Shown here one piece after another: positions 1 through 9,184 of a stretch of DNA of 64,000 bases. Location: positions 146,225-210,224 of the forward strand of contig CAMMDQ010000001.1 of NCBI GenBank assembly GCA_946495675.1, in the 5' to 3' direction. Positions within the stretch are counted from its first letter, which is position 1; the number at the start of each line of letters is the position of its first letter. Source of the stretch: an uncultured Bacillota bacterium. Lineage in GTDB: Bacteria > Bacillota > Clostridia > Christensenellales > UBA1242. The position numbers and the translations under genes are program-made. The notes beneath the pieces were generated by a model that saw only the letters and a list, made by a program, of their open reading frames with translations, did no database searches and had not been told where the DNA came from.

Positions 1-251
1 CAAGAGCAGAAGAAATTGATGGAGTGCCTGTATATTATCCAGAAAGCTATTTGCAGGTGCGAGATTTTGCTGAAATTCTTAAGAAGGGCAATCCTTGCAT
101 AATTTCAATCGAATATTGCGAAAAGGAACTTGCTGAGCGAATAATGACATACTTTGAAGGGGTATGCTTTGCTCTTGCAGCCACTCGTCATGAGATTGAG
201 GAAAACAAACTGTATTTATATCTGCCGGAGGGCATGGAAATTGAAAGGTAA
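1..251 (+). CDS. sepF: Cell division protein SepF, C-terminal part (5' end lies outside the window)
   Basis: The frame is open from base 3. The translation VPVYYPESYLQVRDFAEILKKGNPCIISIEYCEKELAERIMTYFEGVCFAL fits the SepF C-terminal domain pattern (P.sy.da..ia..lk.g..vi.nle..d.elA.Ri.df..G). Confidence 0.7.
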   Translation, partial: RAEEIDGVPVYYPESYLQVRDFAEILKKGNPCIISIEYCEKELAERIMTYFEGVCFALAATRHEIEENKLYLYLPEGMEIER

Positions 252-945
252 ATTTTTTAAAACAGCTTTTGTTGCAATAATCGTTGTTGTTTTAGTTTTT
301 ATTTTTGACATGCTTACAAAATATGTTTTGATCAACAGCCTTATTCCAAACGTTGGAGATCAAGCCTCCTTTATTGAAGGTTTTATCAATTTTGTGCATG
401 TGCAAAACGATGGTGCAAGTGGCGGTATACTTGGAGGGCAGACGGCTTTACTTATTGTTATAACTTTGGTTTTGCTGGGTGTGCTAATTTGGTATTATCT
501 TTTAAAGTTGAAAGAAGGCCAAAATAAATATTTGGCACTTTTGTCTGTTGCAATGGGCTTGATAATTGGAGGCTCACTCGGCAATTTATACGACAGAATA
601 ATTTTTGGCTACGTCCGAGATTTCATTAATTTTCAATTTATCAATTTCCCTGTATTCAATATTGCCGACAGTGTAATCACGATTGGGGTAATTTTGCTCG
701 TTATTTATTTTATCTGCGAATATATCATTTCAATCAAAAAAGAAAAAAAAATTATCCAGATTGAAAAAGAGGAAGATTCTGCCATGTCAAATGAAGCATC
801 AAAATTTAATGAAGAGCTTGCTGAATTTTTAGTTGACGCAGATAATAAAGATAAAAATAAAGAAAATGCTGATAAAAACAGCAAAAAAAACAATAAAAAA
901 CAAAAAAAATCAAAAAATGAAGAAAAGCATAAGGAGAAAATTTGA
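241..945 (+). CDS. lspA: Lipoprotein signal peptidase (signal peptidase II) with a Lys/Glu/Asn-rich C-terminal tail
   Basis: An in-frame TTG at 241 follows the sepF stop; the ORF-track start at 154 overlaps sepF. The protein has 4 hydrophobic segments and the motifs VQNDGASGG, GNLYDRI and FPVFNIADS. The start codon is uncertain. Confidence 0.85.
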   Translation: MKGKFFKTAFVAIIVVVLVFIFDMLTKYVLINSLIPNVGDQASFIEGFINFVHVQNDGASGGILGGQTALLIVITLVLLGVLIWYYLLKLKEGQNKYLALLSVAMGLIIGGSLGNLYDRIIFGYVRDFINFQFINFPVFNIADSVITIGVILLVIYFICEYIISIKKEKKIIQIEKEEDSAMSNEASKFNEELAEFLVDADNKDKNKENADKNSKKNNKKQKKSKNEEKHKEKI

Positions 946-1838
946 AGGGATATTTTACAGTCGATGAAAATGAAAAGGGGAAAAGGCTTGATGTTGTTTT
1001 CAATCTTCATTATCCTGATTTTTCACGCTCGCATATCAAGACTTTGATTGATCAAGGCAGCATTTTGTTGCAAAATAAGTTTGTCAAATCGGGAGAAAAA
1101 CTGAAAACCGGTCAAAAAGTTTCTTTTGATTTTCAAGATGTTGTTCCGCTGCAAGCCAAACCACAAAATATCGATTTTGAAATTGTTTATCAAGACCAAG
1201 ATCTTCTTGTTGTCAACAAGCCTCAAGGTTTGGTGGTGCATCCTTGTGCATCAACTAAAGATGGCACTCTTGTCAACGGGCTTCTTGAAAAAGTGAAAGA
1301 TCTCAGCGGCATCAATGGTGTGTTAAGACCGGGGATTGTTCATAGACTTGACAAAAACACGTCAGGGCTTATGCTTGTTGCAAAAAATGATATGGCGCAT
1401 CTATCACTTGCTGAGCAAATCAAAAACAAAACCTGCAAACGCAAATACATAGCCCTTTGTGAAGGCGTTTTCAAGGAAAGTGAAGGGCATATTGAAAATT
1501 TTTTGGAACGCAGCAAATCTGACCGCAAAAAATATGTGGTTTCTTCAACTGGGAAAAAAGCAATAACCGATTTCAAAGTGCTCAAAACTTTTTCAAACAA
1601 AACTCTGGTTGAATTTTCCTTGCAAACAGGAAGAACTCATCAAATTCGAGTTCATTGCAAGTGGTTGGGGCATCCAATCGTTGGAGATGATGTTTATGGC
1701 AAAGCTGAAAAGAACTTGAAAGGGCAACTTTTGCATTCTTATTTCATCCAGTTTAGCCATCCTCGCACAAATGAAATTATACATTTTGAAGCGGCACTGC
1801 CAACCTATTTTCAAGAATATCTTGATAAGCTTAAGTGA
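942..1838 (+). CDS. rluD: RluA-family 23S rRNA pseudouridine synthase (RluD-like)
   Basis: An S4-like N-terminus is followed by the catalytic motif HRLDKNTSGLMLVAKN and by GRTHQIRVH. The start overlaps the lspA stop. Confidence 0.85.
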   Translation: MKGYFTVDENEKGKRLDVVFNLHYPDFSRSHIKTLIDQGSILLQNKFVKSGEKLKTGQKVSFDFQDVVPLQAKPQNIDFEIVYQDQDLLVVNKPQGLVVHPCASTKDGTLVNGLLEKVKDLSGINGVLRPGIVHRLDKNTSGLMLVAKNDMAHLSLAEQIKNKTCKRKYIALCEGVFKESEGHIENFLERSKSDRKKYVVSSTGKKAITDFKVLKTFSNKTLVEFSLQTGRTHQIRVHCKWLGHPIVGDDVYGKAEKNLKGQLLHSYFIQFSHPRTNEIIHFEAALPTYFQEYLDKLK

Positions 1839-1994
1839 TAAAACAACTAAAAATCAGTTTTTTGTGTAAAAATCATGTTGTTAATTCAACATTTTCAACC
1901 AGTCAAGAAAAAAATTGAATATAAAGGATATGGACAAATTGTAGGAAATTGATATAATATAAGTATCATTGAAAAGATAAAGGAGAGAGAAAAA

Positions 1995-2957
1995 ATGCGT
2001 TTTAAGATTGTAGAAAGAAATGGAAAATATTTTTATGAAGGATCAGACGGCAAGTTGTATGGTGAAGGTTATGATGATGCTCAGGATTTTAATGAAGGTT
2101 ATGCTGCAGTAAAAAAAGATGACAAATGGTATTTTGTGGACAAAGATTTTAATCGTTGCAGTGAAAACTATGATAATGCCTTAGGTTTCAGCGAAGGCTA
2201 TGCAAGAATTGAAAAAAATGGCCAATGGTATTTTGTGGACAAAGACTTTGATCTTCATGGCGAAGGGTATGATTATGCTTGTAGTTTCAGCGAAGGCTAT
2301 GCTAGAGTACGAAAAGATGGCAAATGGTATTATGTAGACAAAGACTTTAACCTTCATGGTGAAGGGTATGATCAAGCATGGGATTTCAGCGAAGACTATG
2401 CTGCAGTAAAAAAAGATGGCAAATGGTATTATGTTGACAAATATTTTAATCTTCATGGTGAAGGGTATGATTATACTAATGTTTTCAGCGGAGGCTATGC
2501 TAAAGTAGAAAAAGATGGCAAATGGTATTATGTAGACAAAGACTTTAAACTTCATGGCGAAGGGTTTGATAAGGCTTTCGTTTTCAGCGAAGGCTATGCT
2601 GAAGTAAAAAAAGGTGGCGTTTGGTATTGTATTAACAAAGATTTTCAGATTGATGATGAAGACAGCGCTTTACGAGTTGCAGAGCAAGATATTAAAAAAA
2701 TAAATGAAATAGCACCAAAATGTTTTTTGAATGAAGGTTTTGCTAAAGCTTTAAATGAAGTTATATATAAGCATAACACTCAAAAAATTGAAGAAATGGT
2801 CTACAGCGGACTGCTTAAACTTAAAGAAGAAATGGAAGGACCTTATAAATTGATTGAAAGCAAGAAGCAGGAAGCAGAAAAACTTAAACAAGCAAAAACA
2901 GATGCAAAAGAAACTTTTGACAAACAGTTTGGGAACCCAGATGATGAAAAAGAATAA
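1995..2957 (+). CDS. WG/KWG-repeat protein (hypothetical function)
   Basis: About seven tandem ~38-aa units match GEGYDxAxxFSEGYAxVKKDGKWYYVDKDFxLH. An RBS AAAGGAGAG precedes the ATG. Confidence 0.75.
   Translation: MRFKIVERNGKYFYEGSDGKLYGEGYDDAQDFNEGYAAVKKDDKWYFVDKDFNRCSENYDNALGFSEGYARIEKNGQWYFVDKDFDLHGEGYDYACSFSEGYARVRKDGKWYYVDKDFNLHGEGYDQAWDFSEDYAAVKKDGKWYYVDKYFNLHGEGYDYTNVFSGGYAKVEKDGKWYYVDKDFKLHGEGFDKAFVFSEGYAEVKKGGVWYCINKDFQIDDEDSALRVAEQDIKKINEIAPKCFLNEGFAKALNEVIYKHNTQKIEEMVYSGLLKLKEEMEGPYKLIESKKQEAEKLKQAKTDAKETFDKQFGNPDDEKE
2022..2648 (+). repeat. In-frame ~114-bp tandem repeats encoding the WG units
   Basis: Near-identical stretches recur, such as gatggcaaatggtattatgtagacaaagacttta near 2316 and 2514. 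Confidence 0.8.
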
Positions 2958-3104
2958 TTGAACAAAAAATTAAAGTTGAAATGAGCTAATATGAAAAAAG
3001 ATAGTGAAGAGGAGCGATTGGAAGAGCTTAAAAAAAGTTTGCATGAACTGAACGACTTATATTTTGGCCCAAAGAAAAAGCAAGTAAAGAAAAAATAACT
3101 AGAT

Positions 3105-3146
3105 TTAAAAAAGAACATAATGACGATTTCAATATGTTCTTTTTTG
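3105..3146. terminator. Bidirectional rho-independent terminator between convergent genes
   Basis: The stem AAGAACATA (3111-3119) pairs with TATGTTCTT (3133-3141). An A-run lies upstream and a T-run downstream. Confidence 0.6.
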
Positions 3147-3172
3147 ATTTTGTAAGTGGAATTTTGCCAATA

Positions 3173-3556
3173 TTATTCTTGTGGTGCTTGAAATTCTGTG
3201 ATTCCGACGCGGCGTTTCTTTCTTTCAATTTCAATAAGATTTGAAAGAAGGTCGCGAATCTTGTAAGGGTTTGCAATATGCAGAAGATAGAATTCAGGCA
3301 AACCAGCGTCGTTGCTTTCAATTTTGATTGAACCCGTTCCAAAAATTTTGTCGGCAAGCGATGCTTGCAAAGTTACATCAAAGCATCTGTAAAGATTGAC
3401 TTCATCGATAACCGATGAAAAAAAACCTTTATGTCTGAACAATTTTACCCATTCATTATTTTTTTTGACAATATAATATCTTGTAAATGACAAAGGCATT
3501 CCCATAAAGCGTTTTCTGTCGTGCCAAACAATTTCGCATTCTTTTTCAAATTTCAT
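3173..3556 (-). CDS. Bacterial PH (bPH_2/YdbS-like) domain protein
   Basis: This 127-aa protein (WHDRKRFMGMPLSFTRYYIV...LYRCFDVTLQASLADKIFGTGSIKIESND...LLHIANPYKIRDLL) fits the pattern of small PH-domain proteins in Firmicutes. Confidence 0.65.
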   Translation of the reverse strand: MKFEKECEIVWHDRKRFMGMPLSFTRYYIVKKNNEWVKLFRHKGFFSSVIDEVNLYRCFDVTLQASLADKIFGTGSIKIESNDAGLPEFYLLHIANPYKIRDLLSNLIEIERKKRRVGITEFQAPQE

Positions 3557-3682
3557 AACATTTCTCCTTGAGGTAAAGCTTTCTCAATTTCAATGTTACA
3601 ATAATTTTTGTCAAAAGTAAAGTGATTTTTTGAAAATCTTTGATTTAAATTAATTTTAACGACGAAATTGTCCGGAACTACT

Positions 3683-3712
3683 AAAAAAACGGGCTGTTTA
3701 AGCCCGTTTTTT
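3683..3712. terminator. Bidirectional hairpin terminator
   Basis: CGGGCT (3690-3695) and AGCCCG (3701-3706) form the stem around loop GTTTA. An A7 run and a T6 run flank the hairpin. It lies 14 nt past the stop of the Cys-rich gene. Confidence 0.75.
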
Positions 3713-3725
3713 AAATTCAAAGAAA

Positions 3726-3935
3726 TTATTTGCCGCAATTACCGCAGCTATTGCAGCCACCGCACAAAAGTAAAAGAATTACAAGTGTGCAGGCATCCAT
3801 CCCACAACCATTGTTGCTGTTGCAGCCACAGCCGCAAAGACTTTGCAAAATAATTATCCAAAGAATAAGTGAGCATGGATCACAGCAGCTGTTGCAGCCG
3901 CCAAAGCCACCTTGGCATCCGTTAAAGAAATTCAT
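3726..3935 (-). CDS. Small Cys/Gly-rich hydrophobic protein (69 aa, 14 Cys, 13 Gly)
   Basis: AGGAGG (3941-3946, minus sense) sits 5 nt before the ATG, and a terminator follows the stop directly. The sequence alternates CxxC/CGCGC clusters with two hydrophobic segments, SLILWIIILQSL and TLVILLLL. Confidence 0.6.
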   Translation of the reverse strand: MNFFNGCQGGFGGCNSCCDPCSLILWIIILQSLCGCGCNSNNGCGMDACTLVILLLLCGGCNSCGNCGK

Positions 3936-4137
3936 TTGTTCCTCCTATATTTCTTATGTAAGATGAAAGATTTTGCTTTCACATTAACATACTACGCAAG
4001 GGGGTAAAAAAATGTGCTATTTCTTAAAACAAAAAAAACTAAAACATCTAACAATTCGCCAAACTTAGTCATTTTTTGACAGCATAGAAACACTGTCTTT
4101 CCACAAAATATTTTTTGTAATATGTGCAGCAAATTTG

Positions 4138-4166
4138 TTGACTTAGCAGGTAAAATATTATAAAAT
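4138..4166 (+). promoter_or_regulatory. SigA-type promoter of the surface-protein gene
   Basis: TTGACT (4138-4143), a 17-nt spacer, then TAAAAT (4161-4166). Confidence 0.5.
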
Positions 4167-4205
4167 AGCATTGTTATAAAATTTATACTATAAAAGGATT
4201 TTGCA

Positions 4206-7200
4206 ATGAATAGAAAAAGCTTAAAAAAGAAGAATATTTTTAAGAGCGTAGCTTTTGGTGCAGCTCTTGTTTTATGCGGATCTTTTGTCCCTGTTGGTGC
4301 CATTCAGACTTTGGCTGCCGACTGGAACCAAAGCTCCAATCCTAGCGAAACTGATGGACAGATTGCTCAAAACACAAACCGAATTGAAGTTGATGCAAGC
4401 GGCATTGAAACAACAGTTGCAAAAGGTGGGAAGTTTACTATTCCAACAGGAAATTATTATGGCGGTTCAACAACTGCGCACATCATTGGAACTGCTTCTG
4501 AAGAAGGCATCACTTCAAAAGTTGTTGCTCGCTATGCCGATGGCACTGTGGTTTATGATTCTTCTGAGCAAGAAGGTGGATTCCAATCAGGTGTGCAATT
4601 TGATGCTGATCGAGTTGGGCAATATGAAATTGTTTATAGTGTGACTGATGATGGAGTTACTTACACTTACACTCTAGACCTTCGTTGCACTATCAACGAT
4701 GTTAGTTTTGTTTTTGACACTAATGATCAAAACATTGCGCCTTCTGTTTATGACCTTTCTTTAAGTGAAGATAATGGAACTTTTAAAGATATTGTTTTAC
4801 CTGTTCCAACAATCACTGATGAAAAAGGCAACGAAATCGTCGATGTTCCAGTGCATATTGACGGGGAGGATGCAACTGAAGAAGAATACATGACCATCAC
4901 TCTTGATCAAGGCTATTCTGATGATGTCAAAGTCGCAAGGACTTCTGATGGCAAATATTACATTGATGGTGACTCTTTAAGTGAAGCAAATGGCAGCACT
5001 TTCAACATTGTTTACACATTCTATCAAAATGGAGCGCAAATTGCTTCAACAACAAAGAGCTTCACGGTTGACGACAGCTACTACACAGATAGCAACAAAA
5101 ATCCAGGTTATACGCTTACAATTTCAAGGGCAACTTCTGTGCCATCATCTGCAGTTGTTGGTGTAAAAACCTCTCTGCCTTCAATTAATGCGACAACTTC
5201 AGCTAGTGACACTCCATCTAGCGAAAGTGTTACCGTCTCTTATGTTATCAATGTTTATCGCATGGAAAATGGTAACGTAGTTGAAACTATACAGGGGGCT
5301 ATCGACGAAGATTATAACTTTACGGCTCCAAAAAATGGTGACTATAGAATTGAATATGTTGCAACAGATTTCTATGGACATACTGCCACAAACAGCTTTA
5401 CAATCACCAATGTGCGTGATACTCAATCTGCAACACCATATATTTATGATGCTGGTGCTGAAAACCCAAAAAATGAAGATGGATCATATAAATCAGCATT
5501 AAATTATGTAAAATCTAAAACTGAAAATAGAAACATTGTGATTTTTGCAATCGGTGGGCATGATAATGCGGTTGCCGAGGATGAACTTAACCTTTATCGT
5601 GAAATCAGAAGCGGAACAAACAGCAATGTCATCCTTTACGACATACAAGGATATGATCACTACAACCTTATCTTCAACGCACAAACAAATTCACAAGATA
5701 AAAGTGTTTACAGAGCGATCTATGATGACAATGCTTACATCCGCAATCAAATGATTCTTGGCGGAGATGTTGCAACTGATGATGATACAATCAAGAATTG
5801 GCTTAAAGAACACAACTATCTTATTGTAACAGATGGCCAAACTGATCCTATCACAGGAGAAGCGTTTGCATTTGCAGAAGGAGAAGCTCCAACCACTGAA
5901 GATGAGTGGAGTGCTTTGGGTTATGCTTGCATTGAGCCAAGCAGCAATCAAACTTTTGCAGTACAAATTTACAATGTTTACTACTACGCAAATGACAACG
6001 TAGAAACAAACAATGCAGGTCTTACAGACTATAGCTTTGAAATTGTTGACAATGCAGATGATTCAGCCGTTCCAACAATTCTTTATTCAACCGAACTTAA
6101 AGATTCATATCTTGAAAATGAGGTTATCACTTTGGCTGCGCCAACAGCTTCAGATGAAGGTGGCGACTCTTATGTTGATCTTCACACCGCTTACAGATAT
6201 CTCGATTCAAGCAGACAACCAATCACAACAGTTGGGGAAGAGATAGAGTTTGTCATCAATGACGCTTCAAAAAGAAATATTCCATCTGACAGATGGTATA
6301 TTCAAGCGGACGGAAACAATGTGGTTTCTTCTTCTGGTTGGACTGTTCTTGAAGGAGAAGATGAATATGAAATCGATCTTTCAAACAAACCGGAAGGGGC
6401 GGCTTATATCGAATTCTTCTCTTATGCTATTGATGACCAAGGCAATGTTGCGTTCTATTCTCAACAAAGTCAGGTTTCAAATATAGAAGATAGCATTGCA
6501 CCATACCTTTATGATGTCGTTTCAGCTCCAGAAGTTGATGGCGGATATATAAACAATCAAACAATTGTTTTGCCAACTCTGACTTACAAAGATAACTTGC
6601 CTCAATATATGACATCAGCTGTTGTTGTATATCGTGTTGACAGAGATACTCAAGAGCAAATTGTTGTTCACAGCTCAGGAATGAATGGTATGCCAAATAG
6701 GGGAACTGGAGACTATGTTCTTATGGCCGGAGAGTTCACTCCATCTGTTGGCGGCACTTATATTGCTGCTGTAACAGTTTCAGATGCAGGAAATCACTCA
6801 GTTACAACATATTTTGCTTATGAAGTTGATGAAATTCCAGTTGTGGAAGATATTGAGATCACAAACATAGGTCAAGACTCAACCGAAATTGTTGTTGGAC
6901 AGACAGAAACATTTGCAAAACCAAAAATTTCTGTTTCAGTGAGCGATGAAATTGGGTTTGTTGGATTTGATGCATATTCTAGCGAAAATATAGCAATCGA
7001 CTATTATGTTACAATGGAGGAAGCAGATAATAACGAATATCAGCTCAATCAAGGAAAGGGTGAATTCACTGCTTATGCAAGAGGAACATACACATTAAAA
7101 TATACAGCTTTCCTTATCAGTTATTCAACTAATGAAGACTATTTCTCTACCGCTGAAGGTGGCGAAGAAGGCAAGCTCTTCTTGACAAAAGATGATCAAG

Positions 7201-8297
7201 GACAATATGTTCTTGCATACAAAGCAGACGGAACAGAAAACCTTGTTGGAAGCGGACAAGCCACTGCAGGCGAAACTTATTTGATTACAAGAACGACTAA
7301 AGAAGGGGAAAACACTCTTTCAGCTAAATGTGGAGATAAAGAAATTGATATATCGCAGCTGCCACAATATAGCAATAGCGAAAGTGTTGTTAATCTTCAT
7401 GTGGTTGAAAGCAAACCTTTCACCGTTGTTTCTGGCGAAGTTGCAGTAAATCTTTATATGGATGATTCGGCATATCCAAAAACTCAGTATGGTGATCTTT
7501 CAAGCGAAGTTTTGATAAAAGAGCTTGATGGAGATGTTTCTGGTAACGGAAGAACAGATTTAGAAAATTCTAATGTAAGCATATCTTTTACCGAAGCGGG
7601 TGGAACAACAAGAATTATTGATACCATTTCACTTGCAGATTGGACCGTGTCTGACAGTAATGCTTATCTTAGACAGGATGGAAAAAATATTTACCTAAAA
7701 CTTAATAGAAATGGTCAATACACTATCACTTATACTCTCAAAGCAGTTGACTATATGGGAATGTCTGTTGGAAGCACAAAGACCAAAACTTATACTCTTT
7801 CTGTTGGTGATGTGATTGCTCCGGAACTTACTATTGATAACACTAACAACCAGTTTATTGCTGCAAGATATAATGTTGGCGACACTGTTGACATCAGAAT
7901 TGCTGATGAATCACTTGTTACTGTCAGTGATCCAGGTGGCTCAAGTAGGGATGAACTTCTTAAAAACCTTACTATCACTGTGAGAAACACAAGCACAAAT
8001 TCTTCAGCTGTTACCTTAAGCAACCAATCAGATGTTGAAGGGCAATATGCTTATTCTTATACAATTGAAGAAGAAGGAACTTATCAGATCTCTATTTCAG
8101 TGCGAGATGCAGCGGGCAACACAAGCCAAACAAGCACATTCACCTTCACTGTTGGCGGAGATTCAACTGACCCTGTCAATGTTACAGAAGTTGTTGGTAA
8201 AGTTTTGATCGGAGTTGCAGCCGTTATTCTTGCTGGTGTTGTGGTTTACTTTATCGTTTCAAAAGTTAAAGAGAACAAAGGCAAAAAAACTAAATAA
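4206..8297 (+). CDS. Large surface protein with Ig-like repeat domains, a signal peptide and a C-terminal membrane anchor
   Basis: The N-terminus MNRKSLKKKNIFKSVAFGAALVLCGSFVPVGAIQTLAA is signal-like. The Ig-type strand motif G.Y.I.Y.v.D..GN recurs (GDYRIEYVATDFYGHT, GTYIAAVTVSDAGNHS, GTYQISISVRDAAGNTS). The C-terminus is VLIGVAAVILAGVVVYFIV plus KVKENKGKKTK. There is no LPXTG motif. Confidence 0.8.
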   Translation: MNRKSLKKKNIFKSVAFGAALVLCGSFVPVGAIQTLAADWNQSSNPSETDGQIAQNTNRIEVDASGIETTVAKGGKFTIPTGNYYGGSTTAHIIGTASEEGITSKVVARYADGTVVYDSSEQEGGFQSGVQFDADRVGQYEIVYSVTDDGVTYTYTLDLRCTINDVSFVFDTNDQNIAPSVYDLSLSEDNGTFKDIVLPVPTITDEKGNEIVDVPVHIDGEDATEEEYMTITLDQGYSDDVKVARTSDGKYYIDGDSLSEANGSTFNIVYTFYQNGAQIASTTKSFTVDDSYYTDSNKNPGYTLTISRATSVPSSAVVGVKTSLPSINATTSASDTPSSESVTVSYVINVYRMENGNVVETIQGAIDEDYNFTAPKNGDYRIEYVATDFYGHTATNSFTITNVRDTQSATPYIYDAGAENPKNEDGSYKSALNYVKSKTENRNIVIFAIGGHDNAVAEDELNLYREIRSGTNSNVILYDIQGYDHYNLIFNAQTNSQDKSVYRAIYDDNAYIRNQMILGGDVATDDDTIKNWLKEHNYLIVTDGQTDPITGEAFAFAEGEAPTTEDEWSALGYACIEPSSNQTFAVQIYNVYYYANDNVETNNAGLTDYSFEIVDNADDSAVPTILYSTELKDSYLENEVITLAAPTASDEGGDSYVDLHTAYRYLDSSRQPITTVGEEIEFVINDASKRNIPSDRWYIQADGNNVVSSSGWTVLEGEDEYEIDLSNKPEGAAYIEFFSYAIDDQGNVAFYSQQSQVSNIEDSIAPYLYDVVSAPEVDGGYINNQTIVLPTLTYKDNLPQYMTSAVVVYRVDRDTQEQIVVHSSGMNGMPNRGTGDYVLMAGEFTPSVGGTYIAAVTVSDAGNHSVTTYFAYEVDEIPVVEDIEITNIGQDSTEIVVGQTETFAKPKISVSVSDEIGFVGFDAYSSENIAIDYYVTMEEADNNEYQLNQGKGEFTAYARGTYTLKYTAFLISYSTNEDYFSTAEGGEEGKLFLTKDDQGQYVLAYKADGTENLVGSGQATAGETYLITRTTKEGENTLSAKCGDKEIDISQLPQYSNSESVVNLHVVESKPFTVVSGEVAVNLYMDDSAYPKTQYGDLSSEVLIKELDGDVSGNGRTDLENSNVSISFTEAGGTTRIIDTISLADWTVSDSNAYLRQDGKNIYLKLNRNGQYTITYTLKAVDYMGMSVGSTKTKTYTLSVGDVIAPELTIDNTNNQFIAARYNVGDTVDIRIADESLVTVSDPGGSSRDELLKNLTITVRNTSTNSSAVTLSNQSDVEGQYAYSYTIEEEGTYQISISVRDAAGNTSQTSTFTFTVGGDSTDPVNVTEVVGKVLIGVAAVILAGVVVYFIVSKVKENKGKKTK

Positions 8298-8302
8298 AAA
8301 TC

Positions 8303-8335
8303 AAAAAGCTTGCTAAAAAGCGAGCTTTTTTGTTT
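8303..8335 (+). terminator. Rho-independent terminator
   Basis: AAAAGCTTGC (8304-8313) pairs with GCGAGCTTTT (8320-8329), followed by a T-run. Confidence 0.7.
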
Positions 8336-8430
8336 TAAATAAAATGAGAATGAATTTTGTTTAATTTTTTGGTGTCACATCAGTGTTTTACAAAACTGTC
8401 AACAAATTTTTTATAAAAATCGCTTTTCTC

Positions 8431-8459
8431 TTGACTTTTATGATAGATTATGGTATATT
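8431..8459 (+). promoter_or_regulatory. SigA-type promoter of the rplU operon
   Basis: TTGACT (8431-8436), a 17-nt spacer, then TGgTATATT with an extended -10 (8451-8459). Confidence 0.55.
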
Positions 8460-8465
8460 GAAACA

Positions 8466-8542
8466 GTATCCGCATGTGCAGGGTTTTTAAGTCCGCTAGA
8501 GGCACCCGTTAAACAGCGAGTTTGGTTAGAGGAGGTATAAAT
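8466..8542 (+). promoter_or_regulatory. Candidate ribosomal-protein L21 leader (autoregulatory 5' UTR)
   Basis: A ~75-nt GC-richer untranslated segment (ccgcatgtgcagggtttttaagtccgctagaggcacccgttaaacagcgag) lies between the promoter and the rplU RBS. This is the position the L21 leader occupies in Bacillota. No covariance model was run. Confidence 0.4.
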
Positions 8543-8851
8543 ATGTTTGCTATTGTTCAGACTGGTGGAAAACAATACAAAGTTTGTGAAGGCGACATCA
8601 TTTCTGTTGAAAAACTTGACAAAAATGTTGGCGAAAAATTGACTTTGGATGTTCTTCTTGTTTCTGACAACGGAAATGTTGTTGCAGGATCACCATCAGT
8701 GAAAGGCACTGTTTGTGAAGCTGAAGTTGTTTCTCATGGCAAAGGCGATAAAATTGTTGTTTTTAAATATAAGCCTAAGAAAAATGAGAGAAAAAAACAA
8801 GGCCATAGACAACCATTCACTCAAATTAAAATTTTATCAATCAAAAAGTAA
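8543..8851 (+). CDS. rplU: 50S ribosomal protein L21
   Basis: The protein starts [21 protein letters not shown] lies 7 nt upstream of the ATG at 8543. The ORF-track start at 8522 is an upstream extension. Confidence 0.95.
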   Translation: MFAIVQTGGKQYKVCEGDIISVEKLDKNVGEKLTLDVLLVSDNGNVVAGSPSVKGTVCEAEVVSHGKGDKIVVFKYKPKKNERKKQGHRQPFTQIKILSIKK

Positions 8852-8860
8852 GGTGTCGTC

Positions 8861-9184
8861 ATGACAACAATTACTTTTTATAAACAGAATAATCTCTATC
8901 TTGGATTTGAAGTGTCAGGACATACCGGAAAAGACGATTTTGGCAAAGATCTGCTTTGCTGCCAAATTTCAACAATTGCGCAACTTGCAGTTGTAGGCAT
9001 TGATGAAATTGAAAAAAAAGCATCTTTTCGGCAGATTTGCGATGGTTTTTTGAAAATAATGGTAGACCCAAAAGATGCCGCAAATGAAAGCATTCAATTT
9101 CTTTTAAAAACATGTTTTTATAGCTTTAAATCTATTGTGGAAGATGAAAAGAAATTTGCAAAATTGGAGGTAAAAAATGTTTAA
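8861..9184 (+). CDS. prp: Ribosomal-processing cysteine protease Prp (YsxB family)
   Basis: The gene sits between rplU and rpmA. The 107-aa protein carries [19 protein letters not shown], which fits the GH...D.vC..vS catalytic pattern. Confidence 0.85.
   Translation: MTTITFYKQNNLYLGFEVSGHTGKDDFGKDLLCCQISTIAQLAVVGIDEIEKKASFRQICDGFLKIMVDPKDAANESIQFLLKTCFYSFKSIVEDEKKFAKLEVKNV

Noticed and set aside
154-240. The ORF-track Met at 154 for lspA.
   Set aside because: It overlaps the sepF coding end in another frame, and its sequence is not LspA-like. An in-frame TTG at 241 sits right after the sepF stop.
2181-2555. A 124-aa antisense ORF lies inside the WG-repeat gene.
   Set aside because: The repetitive coding DNA keeps the opposite frame open. 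No RBS is present and the peptide is low-complexity Ile/Phe-rich.
2991-3098. A 35-aa ORF (MKKDSEEERLEELKKSLHELNDLYFGPKKKQVKKK) lies between the WG gene and the terminator.
   Set aside because: No convincing Shine-Dalgarno sequence is present and I cannot assess conservation. It is left uncalled.
3668-3966. Two plus-strand ORFs (3668-3853 and 3730-3966) lie opposite the Cys-rich gene.
   Set aside because: They are mirror artefacts of the GCA/GCC/TGC-rich codons. Neither has an RBS, whereas the minus-strand ORF has a perfect RBS and a terminator.
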